From an uncultured Candidatus Saccharibacteria bacterium (GTDB lineage Bacteria; Patescibacteriota; Minisyncoccia; UBA6257; JAGOQP01), in assembly GCA_964420205.1 (NCBI GenBank), contig CAYQSO010000002.1, forward strand, positions 7,765-71,764: a stretch of 64,000 nt of DNA. Reading direction: 5' to 3'. Shown here piece by piece: positions 9,501 through 17,243 of the stretch (position 1 is the stretch's first letter; the number at the start of each line of letters is the position of its first letter). The position numbers and the translations under genes are program-made. Under the pieces are notes generated by a model. The model did no database searches. It was not told the origin of the DNA and saw only the letters and a program-made list of their open reading frames with translations.

Positions 9501-9928
9501 TTCCACCCACCAGTAGAGGATAATATATCTACGTTATCACCATCACTAAAATCATTAAATGACTTTATTCCTTGCTTTGTTATAAATTCTGTATCTGATT
9601 TAAAACAGTTAAAATTACTAGAGGCATATTTTTTAGAGCTCTCTGTTCCACCTACCCATAATGTTCTGCCGCTTAAAAATCCTTTAAGGTTAAATATCGT
9701 ATCAAATAATTGCTCTGCTTCTCTTATAGAAACTCCATGAACTAACGAACAATTATATTCTACTGCTCTCCTAACTGTCTCCCACCAATACTCTCTTCTA
9801 TTTTGTTCTGGTAAATATCTTGAATAAGTTCTATAATAAACAAACTCTCCCAATGAAGTCATCGGTGGATTCACATCTTTATATTTACTTATAAATTCTT
9901 CACTTAATAACATTAATTTATGCCTCAC
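6557..9928 (-). CDS. nrdJ: adenosylcobalamin-dependent class II ribonucleotide reductase precursor, interrupted by two inteins
   Basis: N-terminal EFVYYRTYSRYLPEQNRREYWWETVRR is the class II RNR signature; NPC...EI thiyl-radical site; 1123 aa. About 450 aa is accounted for by two Hint/intein insertions. Confidence 0.85.
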   Translation of the reverse strand: MRHKLMLLSEEFISKYKDVNPPMTSLGEFVYYRTYSRYLPEQNRREYWWETVRRAVEYNCSLVHGVSIREAEQLFDTIFNLKGFLSGRTLWVGGTESSKKYASSNFNCFKSDTEFITKQGIKSFNDFSDGDNVDILSSTGGWKTATIRNFGKSKLVKLIVGRGKREDIIYTTENHRWYVKRYKSEKKFIVKTTNELKNGDILREKRRYEQTNIVPCSVGIQHGMVFGDGTYNKKMNHCRVHLVDNKQELALYFTTGSQCTAGKYNQKVIYGLPNTWKNLPSLNSNVEYLMGFVMGLFATDGSYYKSNISISNSNKNTLDHIKSIFSILGIDCGKVELNRELSPYTGEYAPNYRLNLYSKHVPDDFFLNSKHKSSVKETSFEPSWVVKGVEETDIIEDVWCVVEPETESFTLANNILTKNCSFTKIDNTEDICELFYLLLLGCGVGFLDVIENISAFSNLNTSIRILSKEYSEKIDKEEFSTLQTTGNVATIVVGDSKEGWVGALRYLFKCLENPLLSTILVDFDNVRPEGAPLKTFGGYASGHVPLKILFEKIIGIVSRSNGSLKTIDILDICNLVGCAVQVGGVRRTALVCLFDKDDEDVRLAKQGIYYQNEDGAWVSDPNKTHRVSSNNSILFNKRPSKEELVEIFNSIKTTGEPGFINKQEAQRRLPTMEGLNPCCFTGDMKLLTSKGYKTFKELNEKQIDIINADGNISQGKVWFTGRKPCIRLKMSNNRIIKCTEDHIFMLEDGSNCKAKDLKGKCLIFQSYCKKNDSIRDYNTVTIEDISHIGEHDVFDFEEPLSHWGIVNGFMVHNCEILLPSKGFCNLVEINVKSFVKDGELNEEILNAVRTFTRASYRMACVNIELPEWKKVQEEHMLLGVALSGWQDAVNLLYDKSEENQVSILKLLRETARTEATKIANSLGRNTPKLVTTIKPSGTLSLLPTISPGVHHSHSPYYIRRVRINSGDPLLKVAEELGYNISPEVGQDPETCDTNVIDFYVKSPEGKNKYDISAIEQLETYKMFMRNYTDHNTSITVTVRDNEWAGVIDWVYENWDDFVGISFLPLYDAKYPLAPYEAITEEEYNKLNKQFGKITPELIAKYEKQYNLDDDLGSDCENGVCPIR
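7490..7894 (-). mobile_element. intein 2 in nrdJ (about 135-aa mini-intein at the NPC active site)
   Basis: NPC|CFTGDMKLL...GFMVHN|CEILLP: N-terminal Cys, C-terminal HN, +1 Cys, and no endonuclease domain. Coordinates by residue counting (aa 679..813). Confidence 0.6.
8672..9607 (-). mobile_element. intein 1 in nrdJ (about 312 aa, LAGLIDADG homing-endonuclease type)
   Basis: Starts with Cys right after NFN (CFKSDTEF...) and ends ...ILTKN before the CSF extein. LAGLIDADG-like blocks HGMVFGDGTY and LMGFVMGLFATDGSY. Coordinates come from residue counting (aa 108..419). Confidence 0.65.
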
Positions 9929-9945
9929 TTAACTAATAAACTCAA

Positions 9946-9974
9946 TTAAAAAATTGCTGTACCTTGAACAGCAA
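9946..9974 (-). terminator. candidate rho-independent terminator on minus strand
   Basis: Stem ttgctgt/acagcaa (9954..9974) with a 7-nt loop; the plus-strand A6 run at 9948..9953 gives a T-run after the hairpin on the minus strand. Confidence 0.35.
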
Positions 9975-10061
9975 CGAAACCCATTTTAATACACAATTAT
10001 CTTAAGAATCTTCGCTTATTTTCTCTTCTAGACTCCCCATAAAAATTCTTACTAACTATAT

Positions 10062-10397
10062 TTAGCCGTACCATCTACCTAACATTTGTGCTAATGCTAC
10101 CCTACTATTTAACTCTATTTCAATATCTCTCAAAATACACTCTATCTCATAAATAGCATTAAATATACTAACATTATCTATTTTAGATTCTATTCGTTTA
10201 ATATCATCTTTATAAAATAGTATACGAAATAATACAGACCCGTCAAAATCATAATAAATTAAATCAAAATACTTATCTTTTCTATTAAAAGATAACTTTA
10301 CCTCCCTCTTGCCCAACTTAGTATCAAAAATATTCTTCCCATTTAGCATCTTCGCTATTTTTTCTATTCTTTTAAAAGTTTCTTTATAATTACACAT
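10062..10397 (-). CDS. hypothetical protein
   Basis: 111-aa ORF co-oriented with neighbours; no recognisable motif. Confidence 0.3.
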   Translation of the reverse strand: MCNYKETFKRIEKIAKMLNGKNIFDTKLGKREVKLSFNRKDKYFDLIYYDFDGSVLFRILFYKDDIKRIESKIDNVSIFNAIYEIECILRDIEIELNSRVALAQMLGRWYG

Positions 10398-10413
10398 TTT
10401 TATCTACTTCTTT

Positions 10414-10725
10414 CTACTTATATTTATATTTATCATCATATTCAGGGGGTTCATATCCTAAATCTTTTAAGTCTCCTAAATACATCCCCTTATACTTTTT
10501 TTCTACCTCTGGTTCTACATAATAAGAATACATCTTACATTTAGTTTTATAAAACTCGCTACCTTTAATTAGTACATTGTGTGTTTCCAATTCCTGTAAT
10601 AGAGGGCAATATGGAATACCACTTTCGTCCCTATCTTTAGTATTATTTACACATGTACTACACTTATCTAACGGAGATATTGAAAGCTCATACTTCTTAG
10701 TACTTTTATTATATACAACTTTCAT
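10414..10725 (-). CDS. hypothetical Cys-containing protein
   Basis: 103-aa ORF with CSTC...CPLL...C cysteines and a KYKYK tail. Confidence 0.3.
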   Translation of the reverse strand: MKVVYNKSTKKYELSISPLDKCSTCVNNTKDRDESGIPYCPLLQELETHNVLIKGSEFYKTKCKMYSYYVEPEVEKKYKGMYLGDLKDLGYEPPEYDDKYKYK

Positions 10726-10967
10726 TACAAAATTTCATCCACTAAATCATCTAACTTTGTTAATTTTTCTCTAGTTTTATTTCCAATTTTACTATTTTTT
10801 AAGAGACCTGTCAATATCCTCTTCATTTCTTGTAATATTTCATTATTTGTCTCTACAAAAATATTGGGTCTTTTTACTAAATACTTATGCAATACTGTTT
10901 TTTCTAAACAGAATTTTCTTTTTCCACCCCTAGATAAATAATAATTACAATTTTCATATGTAAGCAT
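10725..10967 (-). CDS. hypothetical protein
   Basis: 80-aa ORF whose start overlaps the stop of the downstream gene. Confidence 0.3.
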   Translation of the reverse strand: MLTYENCNYYLSRGGKRKFCLEKTVLHKYLVKRPNIFVETNNEILQEMKRILTGLLKNSKIGNKTREKLTKLDDLVDEIL

Positions 10968-11052
10968 ATATCTATCACAAAGATATATTCTATCTATTTC
11001 ATTTTCTTTAAGTTCTTTTAAAAGCTTATATGTAAGAATACAACACCTATTA

Positions 11053-11481
11053 TTAAACTAAACTACTAACTAAAAAGACCAAACTTGAAATTATTATACA
11101 AATATACACTACACATCTTAAAAATGTGAAGTATTTTTCAAAATTCTTATCCATATATTTCTTATATTGTTGTTTAGATTTTTTTAACCAGTACCCATCT
11201 ACACAAGTAAGAATTACTCCGGGAGCAACAAACATATAAGTACTAGAATCAAACAAATGTGTAGATACTGCTGAAGCTTTTCTCGGTTTATCCATACTTT
11301 GTAAAAAGAATAAATATATCCCCAAAGGGCAAAGTAAAAACAGTATTCGTAAAAATAGATCAATACTTTTGAAAATAACCTCTAATAAAAAGATAAAAAA
11401 TACTTTAGTATAATCTGCGCCAAGTCTGTTAGCTTTCGCAGATATTTTTTCTATTGCTTTTAATTTTAGTTTTTTTAGCAT
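11053..11481 (-). CDS. integral membrane protein
   Basis: Several hydrophobic helices (FFIFLLEVIF, ILFLLCPLGIYLFFL, ICIIISSLVFLVSSLV). Confidence 0.4.
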   Translation of the reverse strand: MLKKLKLKAIEKISAKANRLGADYTKVFFIFLLEVIFKSIDLFLRILFLLCPLGIYLFFLQSMDKPRKASAVSTHLFDSSTYMFVAPGVILTCVDGYWLKKSKQQYKKYMDKNFEKYFTFLRCVVYICIIISSLVFLVSSLV

Positions 11482-11483
11482 AT

Positions 11484-11957
11484 TTACTTACCAGTACTTC
11501 CCCAACCACCGTCACTTCTAATTGTTTCAGAAATCTCATCCACCTCTCTTATTCCCGCTCTACAATATTGCACAATAACCATCTGTGCTATTCTCTCATT
11601 AGGTTGAATAGTATAAGGTTCTTTAGATAGATTAATTAACGGAACACCCACAATACCACGAAAATCTGAATCCAATGTTCCTATACAATTGACAAGTGTT
11701 ATTCCGTGTTTTATTGATAGCCCTGAGCGAGGTCTTATCTGAGCTTCAGTCCCTTCCGGTAATTCTACTATTAATCCTGTGGGGATAATTCTTCTTTCAA
11801 ACGGTTGCAGTGTTATAGGTTCTTTTATACAAGCACTCAAATCCATTCCCGAAGAACCTATTGTTTTATACTCAGGTATTATTGCATTTGGGTCTGCTTT
11901 TTTAATATTAACTTCTGTAATTTTATTTGAACAATTACACATCATCTCTTTTTCCAC
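11484..11957 (-). CDS. dut: dUTP diphosphatase (dUTPase)
   Basis: All five dUTPase motifs are present: GSSGMDL, RPRSGLS, GTLDSDFRGIVGV and the C-terminal RSDGGWGSTGK (motif V). 157 aa. Confidence 0.85.
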   Translation of the reverse strand: MEKEMMCNCSNKITEVNIKKADPNAIIPEYKTIGSSGMDLSACIKEPITLQPFERRIIPTGLIVELPEGTEAQIRPRSGLSIKHGITLVNCIGTLDSDFRGIVGVPLINLSKEPYTIQPNERIAQMVIVQYCRAGIREVDEISETIRSDGGWGSTGK

Positions 11958-11977
11958 CTCTCAATATAAATTATAAT

Positions 11978-12382
11978 TTAACTTTTTTCGAACTTCTCTT
12001 TCAATTCAAGGTACTTTTTATAATCTTCTTCATCTTTCTTTTGGTTAACAATCTTATGTCTATCCAAGCGTTCTTTCTGTTTCTTTTTATAAGATTCTTT
12101 TATTTCTTCTATATAAGACTGTAAAGCATTTTCATCCCAAATAAATTCTTCTTTGAATTTTTTATAAGTATTATCACCACACTCTACAAAAACCTCTCGA
12201 TTACTTATCTCGTACTCCGACTCTTCTACTAAGAAAGCCTCCATGTCATAAGCGTAATCCCAGTCATCAAAAATACTGTATACCACATCAAGTTCTATTA
12301 GAGTATTCCCGATGTCACAAATTCGCTGTTTTATTTTATTTTCCTGTTTTCTAAACTCATAGTATTCTTCTTTTGTAATCAT
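11978..12382 (-). CDS. hypothetical acidic protein
   Basis: 134-aa Glu/Asp/Lys-rich ORF with no diagnostic motif. Confidence 0.3.
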   Translation of the reverse strand: MITKEEYYEFRKQENKIKQRICDIGNTLIELDVVYSIFDDWDYAYDMEAFLVEESEYEISNREVFVECGDNTYKKFKEEFIWDENALQSYIEEIKESYKKKQKERLDRHKIVNQKKDEEDYKKYLELKEKFEKS

Positions 12383-12591
12383 CTACTCTGGTACCCCATC
12401 ATCTTAGACAAACAACTTAAACAAATTTTATCGTGGTACGCTGAACATGTCATATTTACCTTCTTCTTACCACATACACCACATTTTTCACCAAATAAAA
12501 AATCTTTTACAGGCTCTAAAAACTTATGTATTCTATACGTCCAATGAAAACGTACTTTACACGGATAAATTGTATAATCTTCTCGTTTCAT
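12379..12591 (-). CDS. hypothetical zinc-ribbon protein
   Basis: CGVCGKK...C..C..C; 70 aa; starts only 34 nt downstream of the tnpB stop. Confidence 0.3.
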   Translation of the reverse strand: MKREDYTIYPCKVRFHWTYRIHKFLEPVKDFLFGEKCGVCGKKKVNMTCSAYHDKICLSCLSKMMGYQSR

Positions 12592-12625
12592 TATCTTCTG
12601 CTCCGTAATTTGTATTCAAACATAA

Positions 12626-13960
12626 TCATTCTAAAACAATTACATTTGAAGTTACTAATTCGCTTTTTCTTGCTTCATTGTACTCTCTTTTGTTGTTGCT
12701 TGCAACAACTACTTGAGTTTGTTTTAACACTCCACAAGCTTTACTAACTCTAACAGAATTAAAGTTAGTTCCCGACAAGCCATCGGTACATGTATTCCTT
12801 ACTTCATTAAGTAGGATATAATCTTTACAGTTCTTGAGATTAACTGCTGCATTGTAGTCTCTTTGGTGCTCTGCACCACAATTACTACATTTCCAGTTTC
12901 TATCTTTTAATTTTAGTTCTTTATTCTTCTCTCCACAGCTACTACATAACTTACTACTTGGAAAGAATTTATTTACTTCTCTTACTTCTATATTATGTTT
13001 TGTACACTTCTGTACAAGAACTTGTTTAAAATAGTAAGGTTTATTTTGAAGAATAGTTTTAGAAAGATGTTTGTTCCTAACCATTCCTTTAATATTTAAG
13101 TTTTCAACTGTAACATATCTAGGTTTCCCCTTAACTATGTTATCTATACATTTATTAGTATAAGAGTTTCTTATTTGTTCTAACCTGTAGTACACTTTTT
13201 CTACTCTTAGTTTATTTTTAATATAATTGTTACTTACTTTATCTCTCTTTTCTTTCTTCTTAGCTTCGTACTTTCTACTTAAAGCTCTCTGTTCTCTTCT
13301 TAATTTCTTTTCTAACTTTTTAACTCTAGTAGTTTTATTAATGTTTTTGTATTCTTCTTTGTTAGAACATGTTAAGAAAGTACTTATTCCCCAATCAATA
13401 CCAATACCTTCATTACAATTCTTATTATCTTTACTACTCTCTTCATCTGTTATAACAGAGATGAAATATCTATTAGATCTCTTAGTTATTACTCCACTTA
13501 TTATTTTATTGTTTCCTGTAGGGAGGTATCCTTTCTCTTTCAGAGAAACCTCTCCGAACATAGGAATTTTAATTTTATGCCTAGAACATCTTATAGGTCT
13601 GTTTGCCTCTACTCTAACAAAATAAACTCCTGTCTTGTCTTTAGAAGCTTTTTTAAATTTAGGAAATCCTTTCTTTGATTTAAATGCTTTTTGGTAAGTT
13701 GAATTACAATTATCTATAGTCTTTCTAAGAGCTTTACTCCCTGCTTCTTTCAACCAATGTTTATCTTCGTTCTCTTTTAAATAAACATTATTAAACCATT
13801 TAGAGAACTCGTAGTTATTAAGATATTTTTCTCCTGCGGAGTAACGTTCTTTATTAACAGAAATAAAAAGATTCCAGACAAATCTACATGCAGAAATTGT
13901 AAGCTTGTAAAGCTTCTCCTGTTCTTTATTTAGTTTTACTTCTGTCTTGTAAGCTTTCAT
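12626..13960 (-). CDS. tnpB: TnpB (IS200/IS605-family OrfB; OMEGA RNA-guided RuvC nuclease), copy 1
   Basis: Canonical MKAYKTEVKLNKEQEKL N-terminus, C-terminal zinc finger CSSCGEKN...CSNCGAEHQRDYNAAVNL (RuvC-III). The track ORF extends to 14086, but Met43 at 13958..13960 is the likely start, judged by alignment to copy 2. Confidence 0.85.
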   Translation of the reverse strand: MKAYKTEVKLNKEQEKLYKLTISACRFVWNLFISVNKERYSAGEKYLNNYEFSKWFNNVYLKENEDKHWLKEAGSKALRKTIDNCNSTYQKAFKSKKGFPKFKKASKDKTGVYFVRVEANRPIRCSRHKIKIPMFGEVSLKEKGYLPTGNNKIISGVITKRSNRYFISVITDEESSKDNKNCNEGIGIDWGISTFLTCSNKEEYKNINKTTRVKKLEKKLRREQRALSRKYEAKKKEKRDKVSNNYIKNKLRVEKVYYRLEQIRNSYTNKCIDNIVKGKPRYVTVENLNIKGMVRNKHLSKTILQNKPYYFKQVLVQKCTKHNIEVREVNKFFPSSKLCSSCGEKNKELKLKDRNWKCSNCGAEHQRDYNAAVNLKNCKDYILLNEVRNTCTDGLSGTNFNSVRVSKACGVLKQTQVVVASNNKREYNEARKSELVTSNVIVLE

Positions 13961-13993
13961 TGATAAAAAGAAAAGTTCTAAGAAATTATTTTG

Positions 13994-14057
13994 TAAGCAG
14001 ATACAATTCTTCCTAGAACTAAAATTAATATAAATCTTATTTAATTGTATCTGCTTA
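13994..14057. repeat. perfect 15-bp inverted repeat (taagcagatacaatt / aattgtatctgctta) with 34-nt spacer in the presumed IS left end
   Basis: Read directly from sequence (13994..14008 and 14043..14057); lies between the real tnpB start and the over-extended track start. Confidence 0.7.
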
Positions 14058-14175
14058 ATATTATAATTTAACTTAAAATTTTTCATTTAGATTTCCCTGT
14101 AAAGGTATTAAAAATGAATATGTTTTACATATATTTGATTATGTTATGGGAGACTGTTCATTATCTTCTCTCCTC

Positions 14176-15069
14176 TTAATTAAATACAGTACTTGTTTCA
14201 CGATGTTTTTCTCTTATATTTCCTATGCAAATGGAGGGTGCTTTTAATTCTATTAAAGTTTTATGGAGAGATATATCTCCCTCCCCTCTCCTTTGTAGTT
14301 TAGCTAAAACATCGGCTACTTTTATAAAAGTAATATTTTCTTTTATTACTTTAGAATCAAAAGCACCATCTATAAAAATTTCCTCATCCTGTTTACACGG
14401 AACTTTTAATTTTACCATTTCACCAGTTTCTGTATCGAACTGTAAATAAAATATTTGTCTATCTCTATTGTAAGTATTTTTATCATGTCTTGTAAAAGAC
14501 CCTATTCTATATAAGATACTATTTCCCACAAAAAGATCATCATACGGCGAATGATCATGATTAAGACACACATACTTATAATTAAGTTTTTTAATATCTT
14601 CTGCTGTTAAAGACTCTTCAAGGCACAAATCCATCTCGTAATAATTGTGTCCTAAAAGTACACCCTCATTCTTCTCATCTACTGGTATTTTACTAATATT
14701 CTTTTCACATAGAGAGACCCCAAACAAAACATTATCTAAATAAAAAAAGTTAGTCTTTACGTCTATTACACCTGTTAACATCAAAGAGCCTAATGTAGTT
14801 TTTTCTAAATTATAATTTCTTAACATTACATCGTGGTTTCCGGGAATTACAATAAACTTCCCTTTGTGCCGTTTAAAGAACTTATAGACTATATTAAAGA
14901 AAAAAGTACTATTTGCAAAACTATGAAATAAATCTCCTGGGATAATACAAACATCATTATTATTTGCAACGTATTCTAGTTTATCTAAAGTACTTTGGAG
15001 AAAATTATCTTTTCTTATACGAGGATTCCTCTCTTGTAAATGTATATCATTTATTATTGCTATTTTCAT
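14176..15069 (-). CDS. SbcD/Mre11-like calcineurin-type nuclease (T4 gp47-like)
   Basis: Metallophosphoesterase motifs INDIHL, PGDLFH, PGNHD and GHNY...H; downstream of an SbcC-like ATPase. Confidence 0.65.
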   Translation of the reverse strand: MKIAIINDIHLQERNPRIRKDNFLQSTLDKLEYVANNNDVCIIPGDLFHSFANSTFFFNIVYKFFKRHKGKFIVIPGNHDVMLRNYNLEKTTLGSLMLTGVIDVKTNFFYLDNVLFGVSLCEKNISKIPVDEKNEGVLLGHNYYEMDLCLEESLTAEDIKKLNYKYVCLNHDHSPYDDLFVGNSILYRIGSFTRHDKNTYNRDRQIFYLQFDTETGEMVKLKVPCKQDEEIFIDGAFDSKVIKENITFIKVADVLAKLQRRGEGDISLHKTLIELKAPSICIGNIREKHRETSTVFN

Positions 15070-15078
15070 TATTAATTC

Positions 15079-15666
15079 CTATATTACTTTTAATTGACAG
15101 AACTCTGGTTTGTGTCCTTTTTGCCAAACACAATGACAATAAGCTATCGAATCTGTCTTATTTGGTTCCCCTGGAATAAACCCCATTCTTTTATGATGTA
15201 CAAAGCAGTATTTAGGCATGTTCTCTTGCCAAAAACTAAAACGATCTTTAGACTCAAAGAAATTTAACCTAAGTAGCATTATAACGTATCCACCTTCTAC
15301 TGTGTCTAATAATGCTTTCTTAATTATATCTATTGCATTGTAAAACGGAGGATTTGTTATAATTAAATCCCATTCTATTTTTGAAGATACTTCCATAGTT
15401 AAATAATTACCTTTTAAGTCAGCCTTACTATCCTCTCTTATATCTACTGTCATTACAAAGTTATCAGTAAATTTACTAAGAGCATTAGGGTAACTCATTT
15501 TATATTTATCTGCACCTCCCGCACAAGGGTCTAATATATTTAAAGCATTTTCAAATATGTTGCCTTCTACTTTTATAAACTCCCCTAGAAATTTTTCTAT
15601 TTCATGTATTGGAGTTACGTAAAAATCTGCTTTATGACGTTCATAACCTCTATTAGTACTTGACAT
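15079..15666 (-). CDS. N6-adenine (NPPF-type) methyltransferase, small
   Basis: SAM-binding DPCAGGADK followed by catalytic ITNPPFYN; 195 aa; embedded in the SbcCD cluster. Confidence 0.5.
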   Translation of the reverse strand: MSSTNRGYERHKADFYVTPIHEIEKFLGEFIKVEGNIFENALNILDPCAGGADKYKMSYPNALSKFTDNFVMTVDIREDSKADLKGNYLTMEVSSKIEWDLIITNPPFYNAIDIIKKALLDTVEGGYVIMLLRLNFFESKDRFSFWQENMPKYCFVHHKRMGFIPGEPNKTDSIAYCHCVWQKGHKPEFCQLKVI

Positions 15667-15965
15667 TACACAGCCTCACAACTTTCTATTATGTCTTCTA
15701 ACATGCTTGCTATTTTATTTAAATAAGTTCTATCTTTTTCACTTTTAAATATCTCTCTAACGTGTAAAGTAACCCCTTCAACATAGCTTCTCTGACTTAG
15801 TTGGTAACAACCATCTATTTCATCTAATAAAACTACATCTATTAGTTGTAATAATCCACCTAACATTTGTTCTTCTACCGGATATAAACTAGAAGACTCA
15901 TCTATAAGCAAAGCACATATATACGACTTCAAGTCCATTAATTTTTGTGTTAATTTACTATTCAT
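15666..15965 (-). CDS. hypothetical protein
   Basis: 99-aa ORF tightly coupled to neighbours. Confidence 0.3.
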   Translation of the reverse strand: MNSKLTQKLMDLKSYICALLIDESSSLYPVEEQMLGGLLQLIDVVLLDEIDGCYQLSQRSYVEGVTLHVREIFKSEKDRTYLNKIASMLEDIIESCEAV

Positions 15966-16596
15966 TTGTTTTTTCTAAGATAGATACATTCCCATTTGCT
16001 ACCAATAAAGTTTCATCTGCGTGGTCCATATGCCTCGGATCATGTGTCACAAGGGCTAAAATTACTTCTTTTGAATCTGATAATTGTTTCAAAAACTCAA
16101 AATACCTCGGTGCATACGCTGCTGAAATCCCTGCTAATTTTTCATCTAAAAATAAAACTTTGCTCCCTAAATTTAAAATATAGTATAATTTAAGGATATT
16201 TCCTATTACTATAGCAGGTCCCTGTCCATCGTCTTCTAGCGGATCTAATCCATAAATATCTTTATCTAGATCATCTAAAGATAAATCAAGAGTCTTATTT
16301 CCTCTCTTGTCCTCTAAAATAAGATTTACTTCTAAATTACAATCATAAAAAGTATACTTTAAAGCAGTATTTATAGTATTTTTTAAAGCACCTATAGACT
16401 TATCATAAATCACATCTACTGCCTGTGAGTAAAACTTTTTACTATCTCTACTTACACTTAACTTTTTATTCAGTTCTTCTATATTCTTACTTACTTCTTC
16501 TATATTAAATTCTATACTATTTTTCATCTTTTGTATAGTATCTAATTCATTTAAACAAAAAGAAAGAGAATTTATTGTACTATCTTCTGTTAACAT
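15958..16596 (-). CDS. SbcC/Rad50-like ABC ATPase, C-terminal lobe (Walker B, D-loop, H-loop)
   Basis: VLFLDEKLAGIS (Walker B and D-loop) and LVTHD (H-loop); no Walker A, so it is the C-terminal half only. Confidence 0.6.
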   Translation of the reverse strand: MLTEDSTINSLSFCLNELDTIQKMKNSIEFNIEEVSKNIEELNKKLSVSRDSKKFYSQAVDVIYDKSIGALKNTINTALKYTFYDCNLEVNLILEDKRGNKTLDLSLDDLDKDIYGLDPLEDDGQGPAIVIGNILKLYYILNLGSKVLFLDEKLAGISAAYAPRYFEFLKQLSDSKEVILALVTHDPRHMDHADETLLVANGNVSILEKTNE

Positions 16597-16884
16597 CTAA
16601 CGTACTAGCCCTTCATCTAACTTTTGTTTTAAAGCACTATAATCTGCAATTACTTGCTCTGCTTCTTTTCTTTCTTCTGTAATAAGGTTACTTAGTTCTA
16701 CTTCCTTTTCTCTGAGTTTCGGAATATCCTGTAAAGAAGAAAATCCAAAAGATTTCATTATTTCTACCCCACGCTTCTTCTTCTCATTTGCCCTATCTAT
16801 TAAAATATTCTTTTCCTGAGCGCACTTATTTCTCTCTTCAATAAGTTTTTTATGTTCTTGTAAATCTTTTTCTGTTAACATCAC
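16597..16884 (-). CDS. coiled-coil segment protein (possible SbcC/Rad50 arm fragment)
   Basis: 95 aa, heptad-rich and charged; stop/start abutment on both sides (TAG then ATG at 16594..16599). Confidence 0.35.
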   Translation of the reverse strand: MMLTEKDLQEHKKLIEERNKCAQEKNILIDRANEKKKRGVEIMKSFGFSSLQDIPKLREKEVELSNLITEERKEAEQVIADYSALKQKLDEGLVR

Positions 16885-17243
16885 TATTCATCCTCTTTAT
16901 CATCTACTTGCGTACGTATAAATAATTCATTAAAAATTTCTTGTATAAGATCATCCGGTAGTTTTAAAATTTCTCTAATTACACTGTCAACATTGGTCAT
17001 TCCCACATATTCCATATCATCGGTACTATCATAAAACCCTGCCCAATCACAGTAGTCACAACCTTCCCCAAAACATTCATCACACTTTTCTACGGCTTCT
17101 CTGAAATCTCCCCTAGGGTCAAGCTGCCCTTCTGTTCCAAATCTATCATTACTTTTTAAATTATTTAAAGCATCTTGAAGCAAATTACAAAGACCACTTG
17201 ACGAACCATTTTCCAGTATATTTTTGAAAAAATCTTTACTCAC
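16884..17243 (-). CDS. acidic CxxC protein (possible Rad50 zinc-hook-like fragment)
   Basis: CDECFGEGCDYCDW cysteine pairs; 119 aa; overlaps the upstream ORF by 8 nt. Confidence 0.3.
   Translation of the reverse strand: MSKDFFKNILENGSSSGLCNLLQDALNNLKSNDRFGTEGQLDPRGDFREAVEKCDECFGEGCDYCDWAGFYDSTDDMEYVGMTNVDSVIREILKLPDDLIQEIFNELFIRTQVDDKEDE

Larger units (their letters stand above)
12592..14100 (-). mobile_element. TnpA-less IS605-family (IS1341-like) element carrying tnpB copy 1; boundaries approximate
   Basis: tnpB plus a left-end region containing a perfect subterminal 15-bp inverted repeat; no Y1 transposase gene anywhere in the window. Confidence 0.5.

Noticed and set aside
13961-14086. 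N-terminal 42-codon extension of tnpB copy 1 in the ORF track
   Set aside because: Copy 2 and canonical TnpB proteins begin at MKAY; the extension is low-complexity and spans the IS left-end 15-bp inverted repeat, so it is non-coding element terminus.
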